DNA of 63,809 nucleotides, counting the filler, from Thraustochytrium aureum (taxonomy: Eukaryota), in NCBI GenBank assembly GCA_012862495.1. It is 6 parts of 5 records of this genome, joined end to end, with 100 filler letters (N's around TTAATTAATTAA, not from the genome) between each part and the next. Parts side by side here need not be neighbours in the genome. Positions count along the whole stretch, not along the records: positions 42,997 to 57,581 come from BLSG01000272.1; positions 57,682 to 62,435 come from BLSG01000277.1; 4 more parts are not named here. One strand, 5' to 3'. The notes beneath the pieces were generated by a model, which saw nothing but the letters and a program-made list of their open reading frames with translations, was not told where the DNA came from and did no database searches. Position numbers and translations under genes: made by a program. Shown piece after piece: positions 47,273 to 58,254 of the stretch (position 1 is its first letter; each line of letters begins with the position of its first letter).

Positions 47273-48090
47273 CTCCGCAGCCACAGCCGCCGAGCCTCGG
47301 CCGCCGCACGCACCGCCAGCCCCGATTCGGCCGTATCCCTTTCGCGCCAACGCCGCCGCCAATGCGCGCGCCCCGCGGCCCCAACTCCTGCTCTGCTCTG
47401 CTCTGTTCTGCTCTGTTCACGGATGGCCACTTGCGCCAGTGAACAAAGATCTATTCTTTGCGATCAACGAATTATTCATTCGTCGAAAAGTGGCGATTCG
47501 CGAGCGCATTTATTTTCTCGATCGAAAGATGGATTGGCTTGAAGGAATGGTGAGGCTCGAGCGGGCGGGCTGCTGGAGCCGCTGGCCCGCTGTCGTGGCC
47601 GGCCACGTGCTGCAAAAGCTGCGCAGCTTCGGCGCCCTGTCGTGCGAACCCGGCGCTGCGCGAGCCTGTCAGGCGGCCGGGGGTGCAAGGGCCGAGGGAA
47701 ACGGATCAAAGTGGCGTCATCCGCCGCGCGACTTTTGATAAGAAGTAAGGTGGGAGGGTTGAAGGGATGGCGTCATTCCGGAGGGCGCGGACGCGGGCTG
47801 ATGTGCATTGGCTCGGGCGCGAGTTGGGCGCGGCCATTACTGAGCAAGGACCAGACCGACGAGGGAGTGCAGAAGCTCAAGCGGGACACAGAAAGCTGTG
47901 GAGCTCGATCACGAGGAGTCCGGCGGCGCGGGTCGGTTGACGGCCACGCCGACGACGCCAGTGCCAAACACCAACGCCTGCGGGTCTGCGGGGTTGGCTG
48001 ACATTGTCAACGCCCGGAGCTGGCCAGTCGAGTCCCGGTGCGCACGGGCACGGGGGATCGCGGAACGGCAGGCCCCAGGGGTTTTACACG

Positions 48091-51000
48091 ATGGGCGTCG
48101 TGGTCAGCCAAGAGAAGCGCGCGCCTCGGACATGGACGACGTTCAAAAAGCGCGCGGCGCTCTGGGGCATGACAGAGGTGATCAAGGCGCGCGCAAGGTT
48201 TGCAGAGATCTTTGCAGAGTCTAGGTCGTTCCTGATTGGGCGCCGGCAGTTCCTGGAGATCTTTACCGACTTTGACTTTCAGCTCGTGCACCACGGCGAG
48301 TTTCTCAACTTGCCGCTCGAGGTCTTCGCGACATTCGAGCAGGAAAAGTCTGGTATCATCGACGTCCGCGAGGTGCTGTGCCTCCTTGCCTTGATGGCGC
48401 AAAACGGTTCCATGTCGGACAAGCTGGAGGCCACTTTCCCCTTGTTCGGGCCCGCGATGACTGAGGAGCGCGTGTCGCAGTATCTTGCCACCGTCCAGCG
48501 CGCCATGGCGCGGGTCGGCATCCTTGAGGAGAAGGCCCCGCCAAACCAGGTAATCTCCATTGCCAGCCGGGTGTGCGGTGAAGGGGCCTGGCGGAAATGC
48601 CGAACCGTGTCGGCGCAGCTGCTGGGCGACTGGGTGCTCAACTGCCATGAACTCGACGAAATCGTCGACGCCCTCCTCGGCACCAAGCACAAGAACGCAT
48701 CGCAACAGTACAGTCTGCTCCGCAGCACAGACGAATTGAAAACCACCGGATCCGTGATGAAGCGCGAGGCTCGCAAGCTGCTGGCCTCGTCGCAAAGCAC
48801 GGGCCAGCTGCGCAGCAGCACAGCGAAGAGGTCCAAGCGTGAGGGCCGCGGCTCGCTCGCTCCCGAGGGACGCCGCAGTGTGGGTGGGCACGCGCGCGAC
48901 AGCTTGGCAGGGTCCGCATCGCTCAAGGACGGCACGTCCGCAGAAGATGCCTTCAACCCAGAGTCACTCATGAGTGTCATGGAGCCGGAGGCAATGCAAC
49001 TGCTGCAAGATTGGTAAGTAGGAAGGAGAGCGTGGGTGGCTGGGCGGGTGAGTCGGTGATTGCCTGCCCCGCCCAATTGCCGGGCCCAGACACGGTCCCG
49101 CTGACGGCCTCGCGCTGCACAGTTGGACAAAGACCAAGACGACGCGTAAGGGTCTGAACAAGGACCAATTCGCCGCTGTGATGCTGACGCAGTTCCCAGC
49201 AATCTCCAACAAGTCGATTCTTGCCCGTATGTTTGACGTGTTCGACCGCAACAAAGACGGCTACCTCGACTTTGACGAGTTTATGATCGGAATCAGCAGG
49301 CTCGCTTCAGTCAAGCTGGAAGACAAGGTGCGCTTCCTCTTTGATGTCGGAAATGCCAACCCGGGTGGAGCGCGCTTCGGCAGGCTCGAAGGGAACGGCG
49401 CAACAACCGAGGACGGCGACGTGGCAGAGGCGGCCGGGGCCGTCCCAAAGCGCAAAACGCGCGTCAGTGGGTCCACGCCCGGTCTGGGATCCCAAGGTTC
49501 CTTCAAGAGCATCTCCACCGCAAGTGGCAAGTTCAAGGCGGCCGCGGAGCCGAGCATGAAGCTCATCGACCTCGTCAAGCTCGTCCAAGACACGAACAAC
49601 GAGATGATGGAGTGCGCCCACTTCGTTGAGTTGATTATCACCATGATGGACTACGACAAGAATGGCGTCGTGGACAGGGACGAATTCACTCGTGCTGTGA
49701 CAGAGATGCCTTCCATCATCGAGAGCTTTGACGAATGCCTGCGGCCAAGCCGAGATATGCGCCGTCACACGCAGCTGTTTGTTGACTGCCTCGTCAACTT
49801 TGAGGCGCCAAATATTGCCAAGGCCTGGACGCGGCTTGGGAATAAAAAGCAAAGCTTCAAGTCAGCGGATTGGGAGCGCTTTCTCAAGTTTGCCGAGCCG
49901 CTCTTGGAGCAACAAAATGGCGCTGGGCGGGATGATGGGGCTGGCGCTGGGGCTGGCGAACACATCGCGCTCTCGCACCTCCGAAACGTCTTCAGGGCAG
50001 CGCTTGCCTCGGGCGCTTCGGCGGCTCCAGGCGAGATCGACTTGCGCAAGGCCGTCGTGGGCATGGTCCTGAGCATTGATCCCAACACAAACCTTGGCGC
50101 CTCAGGACAGACAGCTCTTTCCGTTGAAGAGAAGGGCAAGATGTACTTTGAGCTCTTTGACGTCGATGGAAGCGGCCAGGTCGACTATCACGAGTTCTTT
50201 GAAATGCTGTACGCTTCGCAGCTCGATATGCAAGACGCCGGGTGGAAGGCAGTTGAGGCGTTGCGTTGCCTCGACATTGACGGCGACGGTACGATCACCC
50301 TCTCGGAGTTCATGGAGGCGATTCGCTCGCACCGCCAGATTCTCGAGTGTTTTGGCCGTGTTTTCCAGGCCTCGATCCTCGAAGACGTGGACGAATTCGA
50401 GCCGATTCCGACGGCAACACGACCATCCATAAGCGTTGGCAGCGAGAGCGTCTCCGAGCCTACGGCGGCGGTCTTGGAGGCGGCGGCAAACGATATTGCG
50501 GAGCCTACTTTGCCAGGGCCAGAAAACGTGGATGCCACAGTGCCCAACCCGGAGCTGGCAACCGTCCCAGACGGCCCAGAACTTGAAGAGGAGTCCAAGG
50601 AAGACGCTTCCGATCCCGCGCTCCTCAACAATGCCGCCAGTGCGCCGTCTTTGGCGCCCGCGGGCGACTTGAGCGCACCGTCAGACGCCTTTAGCGCTCT
50701 CGCGTCGACTGCGTCCGTCACGGTCCTCCCGATGGACAGTGTGTACAGGACGACATACTCCTTTCGAAAGAACAAGCCGCCCGCTCGGGGCGGCGCTGCG
50801 ATCGAGGACGGGCTCGGATTGCTGCGCCNNNNNNNNNNNNNNNNNNNNNNNNNNNNNNNNNNNNNNNNNNNNNNNNNNNNNNNNNNNNNNNNNNNNNNNN
50901 NNNNNNNNNNNNNNNNNNNNNNNNNNNNNNNNNNNNNNNNNNNNNNNNNNNNNNNNNNNNNNNNNNNNNNNNNNNNNNNNNNNNNNNNNNNNNNNNNGAA

Positions 51001-51139
51001 CTCGAAGGCTTCGCTCGCGTCGCTCAAGTCCACTGCTTCGTCGTCGCGGGAAACCAAGACCTTGTCGCGGCAGCCGAGCAAGAGCTCCGTCATGTCTACG
51101 GAGAGGCGGAAGCCAAGCAACCGACTGGAGCCCTTGTAA
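48091..51139 (+). CDS. Large multi-EF-hand (calcineurin-B/NCS-like repeats) protein, one intron 49014-49122
   Basis: Starts MGVVVS (possible myristoylation site). GTAAGT...CTGAC...CAG splicing joins the two ORFs in frame (QDC/WTKTK). EF loops include DRNKDGYLDFDE, DYDKNGVVDRDE, DVDGSGQVDYHE and DIDGDGTITLSE. Confidence 0.85.
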
Positions 51140-51438
51140 CCATGCTCGTTTGATTTCAATTGAAAACTAGGATAGCTCTTGTCGTTTTGTTTTTTCTTTC
51201 TTCTTCGCACTTGCCTCCCTGCCGCGCACCAGTTCCTCCTTGCTCAAGTCTGGACAAGGTGCTCCCTAACCGCCGCGACCTTCGCGCTGCGCGATGCGGG
51301 CGTCGCAGCTCAGATGCGAGCCCAACCACGAGCTGATCTGGTCTCGCGACCTCGAGCGGCATAAGGAATGCGCTAACGCCGCTGACGCCGTTAAGTATCG
51401 TATGTTGGCTGGTTGGCCCGCGGCCCCCAAGGGATGGA

Positions 51439-54400
51439 TCAAAACTCGTCAATCTCGTCGCCCTCCAGAGTCGTGGGGGGAAGCAGCGCTCCCAACGTCC
51501 CAGGTCTTCGTGCAAGCGGCGCTCCGGGGTCACCATGGCGCGAGAGCTGCGCGATCTTTTTACCGATCGGCCACAAGTCTGTATGGACATGCGCGCCGAT
51601 GTGCACGCTCGTGGCTGTCTGGCATTCGCCGAGATGTTGCTGGCGGCGCGCTGCCGCGGTTTTCCGAAGATCAAACACAGGCGGCTTGAGTATCGGAGCG
51701 TATCCGACGTCAGCACGGACCGATCGACTTGCTGGGACACAGCGCGCCGCAATCGATGAGATGTAGCCTCCAGGGAACGCATTTCCCCATCGGCCGAGCG
51801 TCCATGACCCGAACCCTTCGCGAGAGCCTGCCGCTGCAAGTGTGTCAGCCGTACAGAGCAGGTCAAGAGCCATTGCTAGCTCGTCGATTGAGACAAAGTG
51901 CTGGGCACAGTTGTGCTGCACAAAGGCAGCGAGCGAATCCGGGTCAAGCGGGCACCGGTCGGCGACTGTCTCCGGGACGTAGTTTAGGGCGAGGCGCTCC
52001 ATTCCCAGTGGGGCAGTGGTGCACTTGCGCTTTGCACGGTCACTGAGAGAGTCAAAGTCCTCGCCAACGGTCTTTCCGCGTATGAGCTTGCCGACAGCGT
52101 GTGTGAGCGACATGTTGGCGTCGCGCCAGGTCTCCTCCACTGAGAACGAGGCGCCGCCGCAGACGCCATGCGGCCGCGGCGCCGCGACCCGCCGCTTCTG
52201 CGACCCGCCTTTACGCTTTTGCGACATCGCAGGAGCGATCTCGCGACCTTCGCCTACAGCAGCAAATTGCAACGACAGGAGGGCGTTCCGAAGGTCCCCG
52301 TCCGCGCTGAGGACAATGTTGTCGAGCTGGTCGCTGGAAACACGCGAATCTGCGCCCTCCCTAGTCGCGACCTCCTGCAAGACCTTCCGCATACGAGACG
52401 GTGCAACCTTGGGCATCGCGATCGACGTTGTGTGCATGCTCTCCAAGAGCTCGGCAGACAGGTGCTGTCGCATCACGGTCGGGTTGGCCGTCTCGGACTC
52501 GCTTGAGAAGACGATCACAGCAACGACCTTGTGCGTTCGGCTGCTCTGGCGCACTAAGCCCGCGAGCAGCCGATGAAGCTGGTCTTGTTTGTCTGGCCCT
52601 GTCGCGTGCGGGAGGTTTTCCAGCAACAACATGCTGGCTCGCGCTGAGCGGTTCACCAGCGACGGGTACCGGGCGTCGCGCAGAAATAGTTTGAAGTCCT
52701 CCAGCTGCGAGACATAAGGGACAGTCATGTCGCTCTTGGCCCTCGTCGCGTCGTCCATCTCGAGAGCAAAGTTCGCCGAGGTCGCCCGTTCAGACTCGCA
52801 GCGCCACTCTCGCACAGGGAGACCAAGCTCGTTGGCAGCCAACCGCGCGCAAGTTGACTTGCACGCCCCTCCAGGGCCGTGCAGGACCAGGACGCGGCAG
52901 AGGTCGCCGCTCAGCGCGAGGCTGAGCCAGCCCAGTACCTGCTCGACCTTGCGTTTCTGCACTGCGCTGTACAGCTCCTCCAGCGTCGAAGGCGAGTGCT
53001 TGTCCGGCCACGGCTCAGCAGCAAGCGCTTGTGCGGCCGGCGGCGGCCTGGCCGCGCTTGCTGCGGCGTGGCGCTTGGCCACGTCGCTATTGTTGGCGAG
53101 CTGCTGCCTGCGCTTTTGGCCCCGAACGGCAGGCGCGAGAGCCGATACGGCAACAGCGGGCCCGGCCGCGCTAGCAGAGCCTCGAGCTTGGGGCTCGGAC
53201 TGAGGGTCCCCAAGAGAGCGATTGCGCTTCCAGGGGGGCGGCTGCGCTGCAAATTGTAGCGCACGCGCGACCGCCGTAGCGGCGTCGTCGTCGGAAACAG
53301 CGTCCCCATCGGAACTTTTTGTCAACCGCGCCGCTGGTGCCGCCCTTGGCGGCTCGCCACGCGCTGTCTTGGTTCCAGGCAATCTGGGCCGCGGCGCTTG
53401 GGCCGAGCCCGTCAGCGCTGGCTTTTGCGTCTGGCTTGAACAAGCCGGGGGCACGCCAGCACAGACTTTCGTGCCACCGCGCTCAGCCACGGCGAACGGA
53501 GCGTCCAAAGTGCGCGCCTCGGTCATAGCGGAGCCGCCGCTGACATTTTTGACTTGCCAAGAAGCCGCCACGGCGCTTGGCCCACCAGGAGATTCCTCGC
53601 TTGACGAAAGGCTGTGGTGCGAGGAGCTCGCAGAGTCGCTGTTTTCTGCAGATATATCGAGGGCGCTGTCGGCCCAACCGTTGCCACGTCCTTTCGCTGG
53701 GGGCGTGGTGAGAGAAGGCGCGCGCGGCACAAAGCAATCGATTTTGCTCTGTTTGAGGCCCCGTCCCTTTGCGGCGCCAAGTTGGCGGCGCCTCTCGCCG
53801 CACGCGGCGCACGCCGCGTCCTTCTCACGATTCTTCAGCGTGCAGAGGCGACATGTCCACGTAGTTGCCTTGGGCGCGGGCGCGGGCGCGTCGCCACCCT
53901 TCGCGTCGCACGCCGCGCACGTGTCCCGTGTGAGCGGGTTTTCCAGCGTGCACGTTTGGCACGACCAGAAGAGCCCGCAACCGAGCGGCTGCTGCCGACC
54001 CAAGGCGACTTTGTCCTCTGGGCTCGACCGGCCTTCTGTGCGGGTCGTTCCGCCGCAGTCGTTGCTGACGTCCGAGTCATCCAGGAGCGAAATCACTATC
54101 GAGTCCGGCTGAGCCAGCGGGCCGTCTCGGCGCTTGCGCAGCGCGCTGAAGCTTCCCGACCGGCCTTTGCTCGCGGACGGCTTGAGCTTCTTGAGCAGCC
54201 TTTCCCCGTCGCTCCGTCGCGGCGGTTTCGCGACGGCAACCACCACCTGTTTGCCTTTCCGAGCGACTTCCTCGACCGCATCGCTCTTGTCGCGCAGCGA
54301 TTGCGGGGAAGCCGGTCCGCGAGCGCCTCGTTTTTTCGCGCGTGGTGCAGCTGCACTTGGAAGATCTGCTGCCTCAGGTTCGTCTTCCTCTTCGATCGGG

Positions 54401-54447
54401 TCCTCGCTCTCGTCGAGGAACCGGCCGCCTGGCGAAGACGGGCGCAT
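51439..54447 (-). CDS. RAD17: Checkpoint clamp loader Rad17 with N-terminal extension carrying two RanBP2/NZF zinc fingers
   Basis: WPDKHSPSTLEEL..VQKRKVEQVLGWL, Walker A GPGGACKST, SQLEDFKLFL, LLLENLP, GDLRNALLSLQF and RDANMSLTHAVGKL. Zinc fingers WSCQTCTLEN..CAAC and WTCRLCTLKN..CAAC. Confidence 0.88.
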   Translation of the reverse strand: MRPSSPGGRFLDESEDPIEEEDEPEAADLPSAAAPRAKKRGARGPASPQSLRDKSDAVEEVARKGKQVVVAVAKPPRRSDGERLLKKLKPSASKGRSGSFSALRKRRDGPLAQPDSIVISLLDDSDVSNDCGGTTRTEGRSSPEDKVALGRQQPLGCGLFWSCQTCTLENPLTRDTCAACDAKGGDAPAPAPKATTWTCRLCTLKNREKDAACAACGERRRQLGAAKGRGLKQSKIDCFVPRAPSLTTPPAKGRGNGWADSALDISAENSDSASSSHHSLSSSEESPGGPSAVAASWQVKNVSGGSAMTEARTLDAPFAVAERGGTKVCAGVPPACSSQTQKPALTGSAQAPRPRLPGTKTARGEPPRAAPAARLTKSSDGDAVSDDDAATAVARALQFAAQPPPWKRNRSLGDPQSEPQARGSASAAGPAVAVSALAPAVRGQKRRQQLANNSDVAKRHAAASAARPPPAAQALAAEPWPDKHSPSTLEELYSAVQKRKVEQVLGWLSLALSGDLCRVLVLHGPGGACKSTCARLAANELGLPVREWRCESERATSANFALEMDDATRAKSDMTVPYVSQLEDFKLFLRDARYPSLVNRSARASMLLLENLPHATGPDKQDQLHRLLAGLVRQSSRTHKVVAVIVFSSESETANPTVMRQHLSAELLESMHTTSIAMPKVAPSRMRKVLQEVATREGADSRVSSDQLDNIVLSADGDLRNALLSLQFAAVGEGREIAPAMSQKRKGGSQKRRVAAPRPHGVCGGASFSVEETWRDANMSLTHAVGKLIRGKTVGEDFDSLSDRAKRKCTTAPLGMERLALNYVPETVADRCPLDPDSLAAFVQHNCAQHFVSIDELAMALDLLCTADTLAAAGSREGFGSWTLGRWGNAFPGGYISSIAARCVPASRSVRADVGYAPILKPPVFDLRKTAAARRQQHLGECQTATSVHIGAHVHTDLWPIGKKIAQLSRHGDPGAPLARRPGTLGALLPPTTLEGDEIDEF

Positions 54448-54994
54448 CGCGCTCTGCCGCAGTAGGGTCGGAGCGCGCGCTGCGTCCGTGCCGCTGCCGC
54501 CGCGCGATGCGGTTCTAGTCGAACAACTTCCCGTCCGCTGTCTTCATTTTCAAGAGATCAAAAGACGCCGAGAGTGGGGAAAAAGTGGGAAGAAATCGCA
54601 TGCGCTCCGCATTCTGGCGTTGCCCATCCCCGGGCCTGGCCGGCCGCGCGGCACGTGGCTCTGAACGCGTCGTCATACACGCAGAGTCCCGCGGCTCAAC
54701 AATGGTTGTATTTTTTGTGCGCGATTGGCATGAATGCACGGGTTCGGGCTGCCGCGGACTGCTGGGCTATGCCGTGGCCCGGCGTCCTGCGCGCGGCTCG
54801 GTGTTCGTCATGCGCTGCAGACGGACCGCCGCGTGGCTCAACGGCAACCGCCGCCTACGCCGCGGCGTTTCTTCTTGCCGTGGCGGTCCAGGCGGAAGGT
54901 TTGTACGACATGTTTACTTCTTCGTAGTTGCATCGCGCGGCTTATGCAGGAAGCCAGTTGAAGCTACACAGAGCGCGCGTGCCAGCGCGCAGTA

Positions 54995-56110
54995 CTATGT
55001 CAAGTTTCGAGCCGCCCGCTCAGCGCGACGCTCTATTCTCGCGTCCTCGCGGCGCTCGGCAGCCGCGAACCGCTGGTCGAGCAACTCCAAGTAGGGCAGA
55101 CCGCGGTACCGGAAGGCGCGCCGGTGCTCGGCCTCCCAGCGGTGCGCCGCGGCTCGCACAAGGCGCTCTGTTCTTCGGCGCTCGGCAACCGTCCGCAAAA
55201 GACGCTTTTCGAGGTCGCGCGAGTCGCGGCCAAGGCGCTTCTCGAGAAGGAGGTTGGCGCGGCAGCCTGCCTCGTTGGCAACGAGCTGCTCGAGCAAGCG
55301 GACCTGCGGCAGCAGCTTTGTTGCCTCGAGGCGGTCGCGCCGTGCTTGCAAGTCTCGGACAATGTCAAACAGGCGCGCGCTGCGCGCCGCGCCGTCCAGC
55401 TGGTCGAGGCCTTGGAGCTCGCGCTGGCGCTCGACAAACCCGACGGCGAGCCGATCCCAGAGCTCCAGGAGCTTTGCGTCGCCTGGCCCACTCGAATCTT
55501 GACTACGCCGTGACAGCAGGTGCTTCCGAAACTCCCGCTCGGCAGCAAACTCGGCGGCCCAAGGCCCCTCGACTTGACTGGCGAAGTCGGGTTCGAGTTC
55601 CGGCTTGTCAGGTGGCGTGGGGCCTCGGCGTGCGGCCGGTTCGCTTGATGGGCTTCGCCACGCATGCTTCACCTCTGGTTCTGCAAGGCGCTGTTGCGAC
55701 TCGTTCTTGCGCTTTAGATCGCCGAGCATTTCTAGCGCGGACCGCGACGCCCGAACGCGGACAGCGCGCCGATGGTCGTCGCGCGCAGCGTTCTCGGCCC
55801 TCGCTGCAGTTGCCAGCGATCTCGAGAGCGCGCCAAGGGACTGCGAGGCAAAGTCTGGGCCTGCGGCGCCGTCGCGCTGCCGTCTCCTTGTGCTGGGCCC
55901 GGCCGAGGCCAGAAGCCCGACACGGGGGTGGCGCAACCGCTCGGTGCCCCTTCCCAACTCGGCTCTGCCATCAAGGCCGGTTGGTCCGTCCTGCCTCCTC
56001 TGAACAGGATGCGGCGAAGGCTGAGCTCGTGGCGAGAAGGCTCCCGCGCGTCCGCCGTCAAGCGAGTCAAGCTCAAGAAGAGTATCGTGGACGTCGCGCA
56101 TCAATTCGTC
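54995..56110 (-). CDS. Coiled-coil protein with MAP65/ASE1/PRC1-like C-terminal motif, 5'-partial
   Basis: LLELWDRLAV and WEAEHRRAFRYRGLPYLELL resemble the conserved MAP65/Ase1 motif WExExxxxFxxxGxxYL. Confidence 0.55.
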   Translation of the reverse strand, partial: DELMRDVHDTLLELDSLDGGRAGAFSPRAQPSPHPVQRRQDGPTGLDGRAELGRGTERLRHPRVGLLASAGPSTRRRQRDGAAGPDFASQSLGALSRSLATAARAENAARDDHRRAVRVRASRSALEMLGDLKRKNESQQRLAEPEVKHAWRSPSSEPAARRGPTPPDKPELEPDFASQVEGPWAAEFAAEREFRKHLLSRRSQDSSGPGDAKLLELWDRLAVGFVERQRELQGLDQLDGAARSARLFDIVRDLQARRDRLEATKLLPQVRLLEQLVANEAGCRANLLLEKRLGRDSRDLEKRLLRTVAERRRTERLVRAAAHRWEAEHRRAFRYRGLPYLELLDQRFAAAERREDARIERRAERAARNLT

Positions 56111-57581
56111 NNNNNNNNNNNNNNNNNNNNNNNNNNNNNNNNNNNNNNNNNNNNNNNNNNNNNNNNNNNNNNNNNNNNNNNNNNNNNNNNNNNNNNNNNN
56201 NNNNNNNNNNNNNNNNNNNNNNNNNNNNNNNNNNNNNNNNNNNNNNNNNNNNNNNNNNNNNNNNNNNNNNNNNNNNNNNNNNNNNNNNNNNNNNNNNNNN
56301 NNNNNNNNNNNNNNNNNNNNNNNNNNNNNNNNNNNNNNNNNNNNNNNNNNNNNNNNNNNNNNNNNNNNNNNNNNNNNNNNNNNNNNNNNNNNNNNNNNNN
56401 NNNNNNNNNNNNNNNNNNNNNNNNNNNNNNNNNNNNNNNNNNNNNNNNNNNNNNNNNNNNNNNNNNNNNNNNNNNNNNNNNNNNNNNNNNNNNNNNNNNN
56501 NNNNNNNNNNNNNNNNNNNNNNNNNNNNNNNNNNNNNNNNNNNNNNNNNNNNNNNNNNNNNNNNNNNNNNNNNNNNNNNNNNNNNNNNNNNNNNNNNNNN
56601 NNNNNNNNNNNNNNNNNNNNNNNNNNNNNNNNNNNNNNNNNNNNNNNNNNNNNNNNNNNNNNNNNNNNNNNNNNNNNNNNNNNNNNNNNNNNNNNNNNNN
56701 NNNNNNNNNNNNNNNNNNNNNNNNNNNNNNNNNNNNNNNNNNNNNNNNNNNNNNNNNNNNNNNNNNNNNNNNNNNNNNNNNNNNNNNNNNNNNNNNNNNN
56801 NNNNNCTTGGGAGTCGGGACTCGAGTTGGGAGCGTTGACGGATTCAAACCCGGTTGGACACGTCGGCGCCGCATGGTTGGTTCACAGATCAAGCCAGAGA
56901 ACCGAGTCCACATTGCCAAGTTTTGTGCTGAGATTGAGGGGCTGAATAGCTCTAGCTCGTAGTTCCGCCTGGACTGGCCAACCGAGCGTTGACGTGCGCA
57001 ACTAGCTTCAGCGGCTCATTCGTTGGAACGTTATGAACCTGTCGATGATGTTGCCGAACGCGATTCTCGAGGCTGTCCAGGGCAAGTTCACTTCCGTACC
57101 AAGCCAATTCGTCGGCGCTGTCAACCGGCCCAAACCAGAGAGCGGAGCCGGATTCTCTTTCAGCAGTGTGTGGACAAGGGCGATGTGGCCGTCAACAAGA
57201 CGCCGCATCCAAGGCCGGCAGTGGCAAGCAGAAGCGGCATCGTGGCGGAGAAAGATCAGATGTTCGATGCTTGCCGAGCTGCACGCAGGACCTCATGGAG
57301 CCACTGTGCAAAGGGGTCTGAACGGCTCTGGATGAGGGCGTTCTGTTCGAGCGGGAGTGAGCTGAGCGATACCAAGTGACCAGGTGCCAGGCAAAACGCC
57401 TGATACCGCGTCGGCTTCTTCGGCAACTCAAGGAGGATCCTCCTTGGGCAACTCGAGAATCCTGAGGACCCCGACCCTCAGGATGCCATTTTGCACCAGT
57501 CATCGCGCACTCCACGAATACCGAGGAGGATCCTCCTTGCCAATACGAAGGACAGGGCAGCCTGCGGGGACGAAAGTAGGT

Positions 57582-57681
57582 NNNNNNNNNNNNNNNNNNN
57601 NNNNNNNNNNNNNNNNNNNNNNNNNTTAATTAATTAANNNNNNNNNNNNNNNNNNNNNNNNNNNNNNNNNNNNNNNNNNNN
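57582..57681. other. Artificial scaffold spacer
   Basis: N44-TTAATTAATTAA-N44. Confidence 0.97.
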
Positions 57682-58254
57682 GACAGCTTCGAGCCGAGCC
57701 TTCGCTCGGTGGCCAAGACGACATATCCCAGGATTCCGAGCAGCTCAATCAGCGCGCGAATAATTTTCAAAATAGCCCCGTCGATCTCCTTCTCGTCGCG
57801 GCCTGTGCACAAAAGCTTGTATATTAGGCTTTTCCTCTCGCAGAAGTTATCCAGAGTTACAACTGCGTCGACGATATCATTGACCGCCGTCTGGAAGGCC
57901 TGCTGGTCATCTGGCGTAACGCATTCGACGACGCTCTCCAAAAATTCTACCTCTTGGAACCGTTCGAGAGCGAAAACTACGTCACTGGCCCGCTTCTGGT
58001 TTTTCAGCGCGCTTTTAACCCGCCTGAGAATGGCGCCAACCACGGTGCTGATGGGCTCGACGACTGTGAGGATTTCGCAGACCCCCTCGACGGCCTCCTG
58101 CGCAGTAGGACAAACGGCATACTTCTCTACGACCTTGGCCCCGAACGCTGCTACCTCGGTGATCACTTTCGCAGCGGACGCTGCATTGGCCGCTCTCTCT
58201 GCTTGCTCGAGCCAGTTTTTTTAGCTTCCTGCGCGCCTGCGTCTCGCGCATCAT
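57682..58254 (-). CDS. Helical-bundle protein N-terminus (MLKL-NTD/RPW8-like pattern), 3'-partial; probable extra A in the A7 run at 58216-58222
   Basis: Removing one A gives MMRETQARRKLKNWLEQAERAANAASAAKVITEV...VVEPISTVVGAILRRVKSALKNQKRASDVVFALERF...AVVTLDNFCERKSLIYKLLCTGRDEKEIDGAILKIIRAL. The family call is by pattern only. Confidence 0.5.

Noticed and set aside
52852..52881. Non-canonical Walker A (GPGGACKST) in RAD17
   Set aside because: Substitution of the Gly before Lys is already known in this family (yeast Rad24 has GCSKS), so it is not evidence of novelty.
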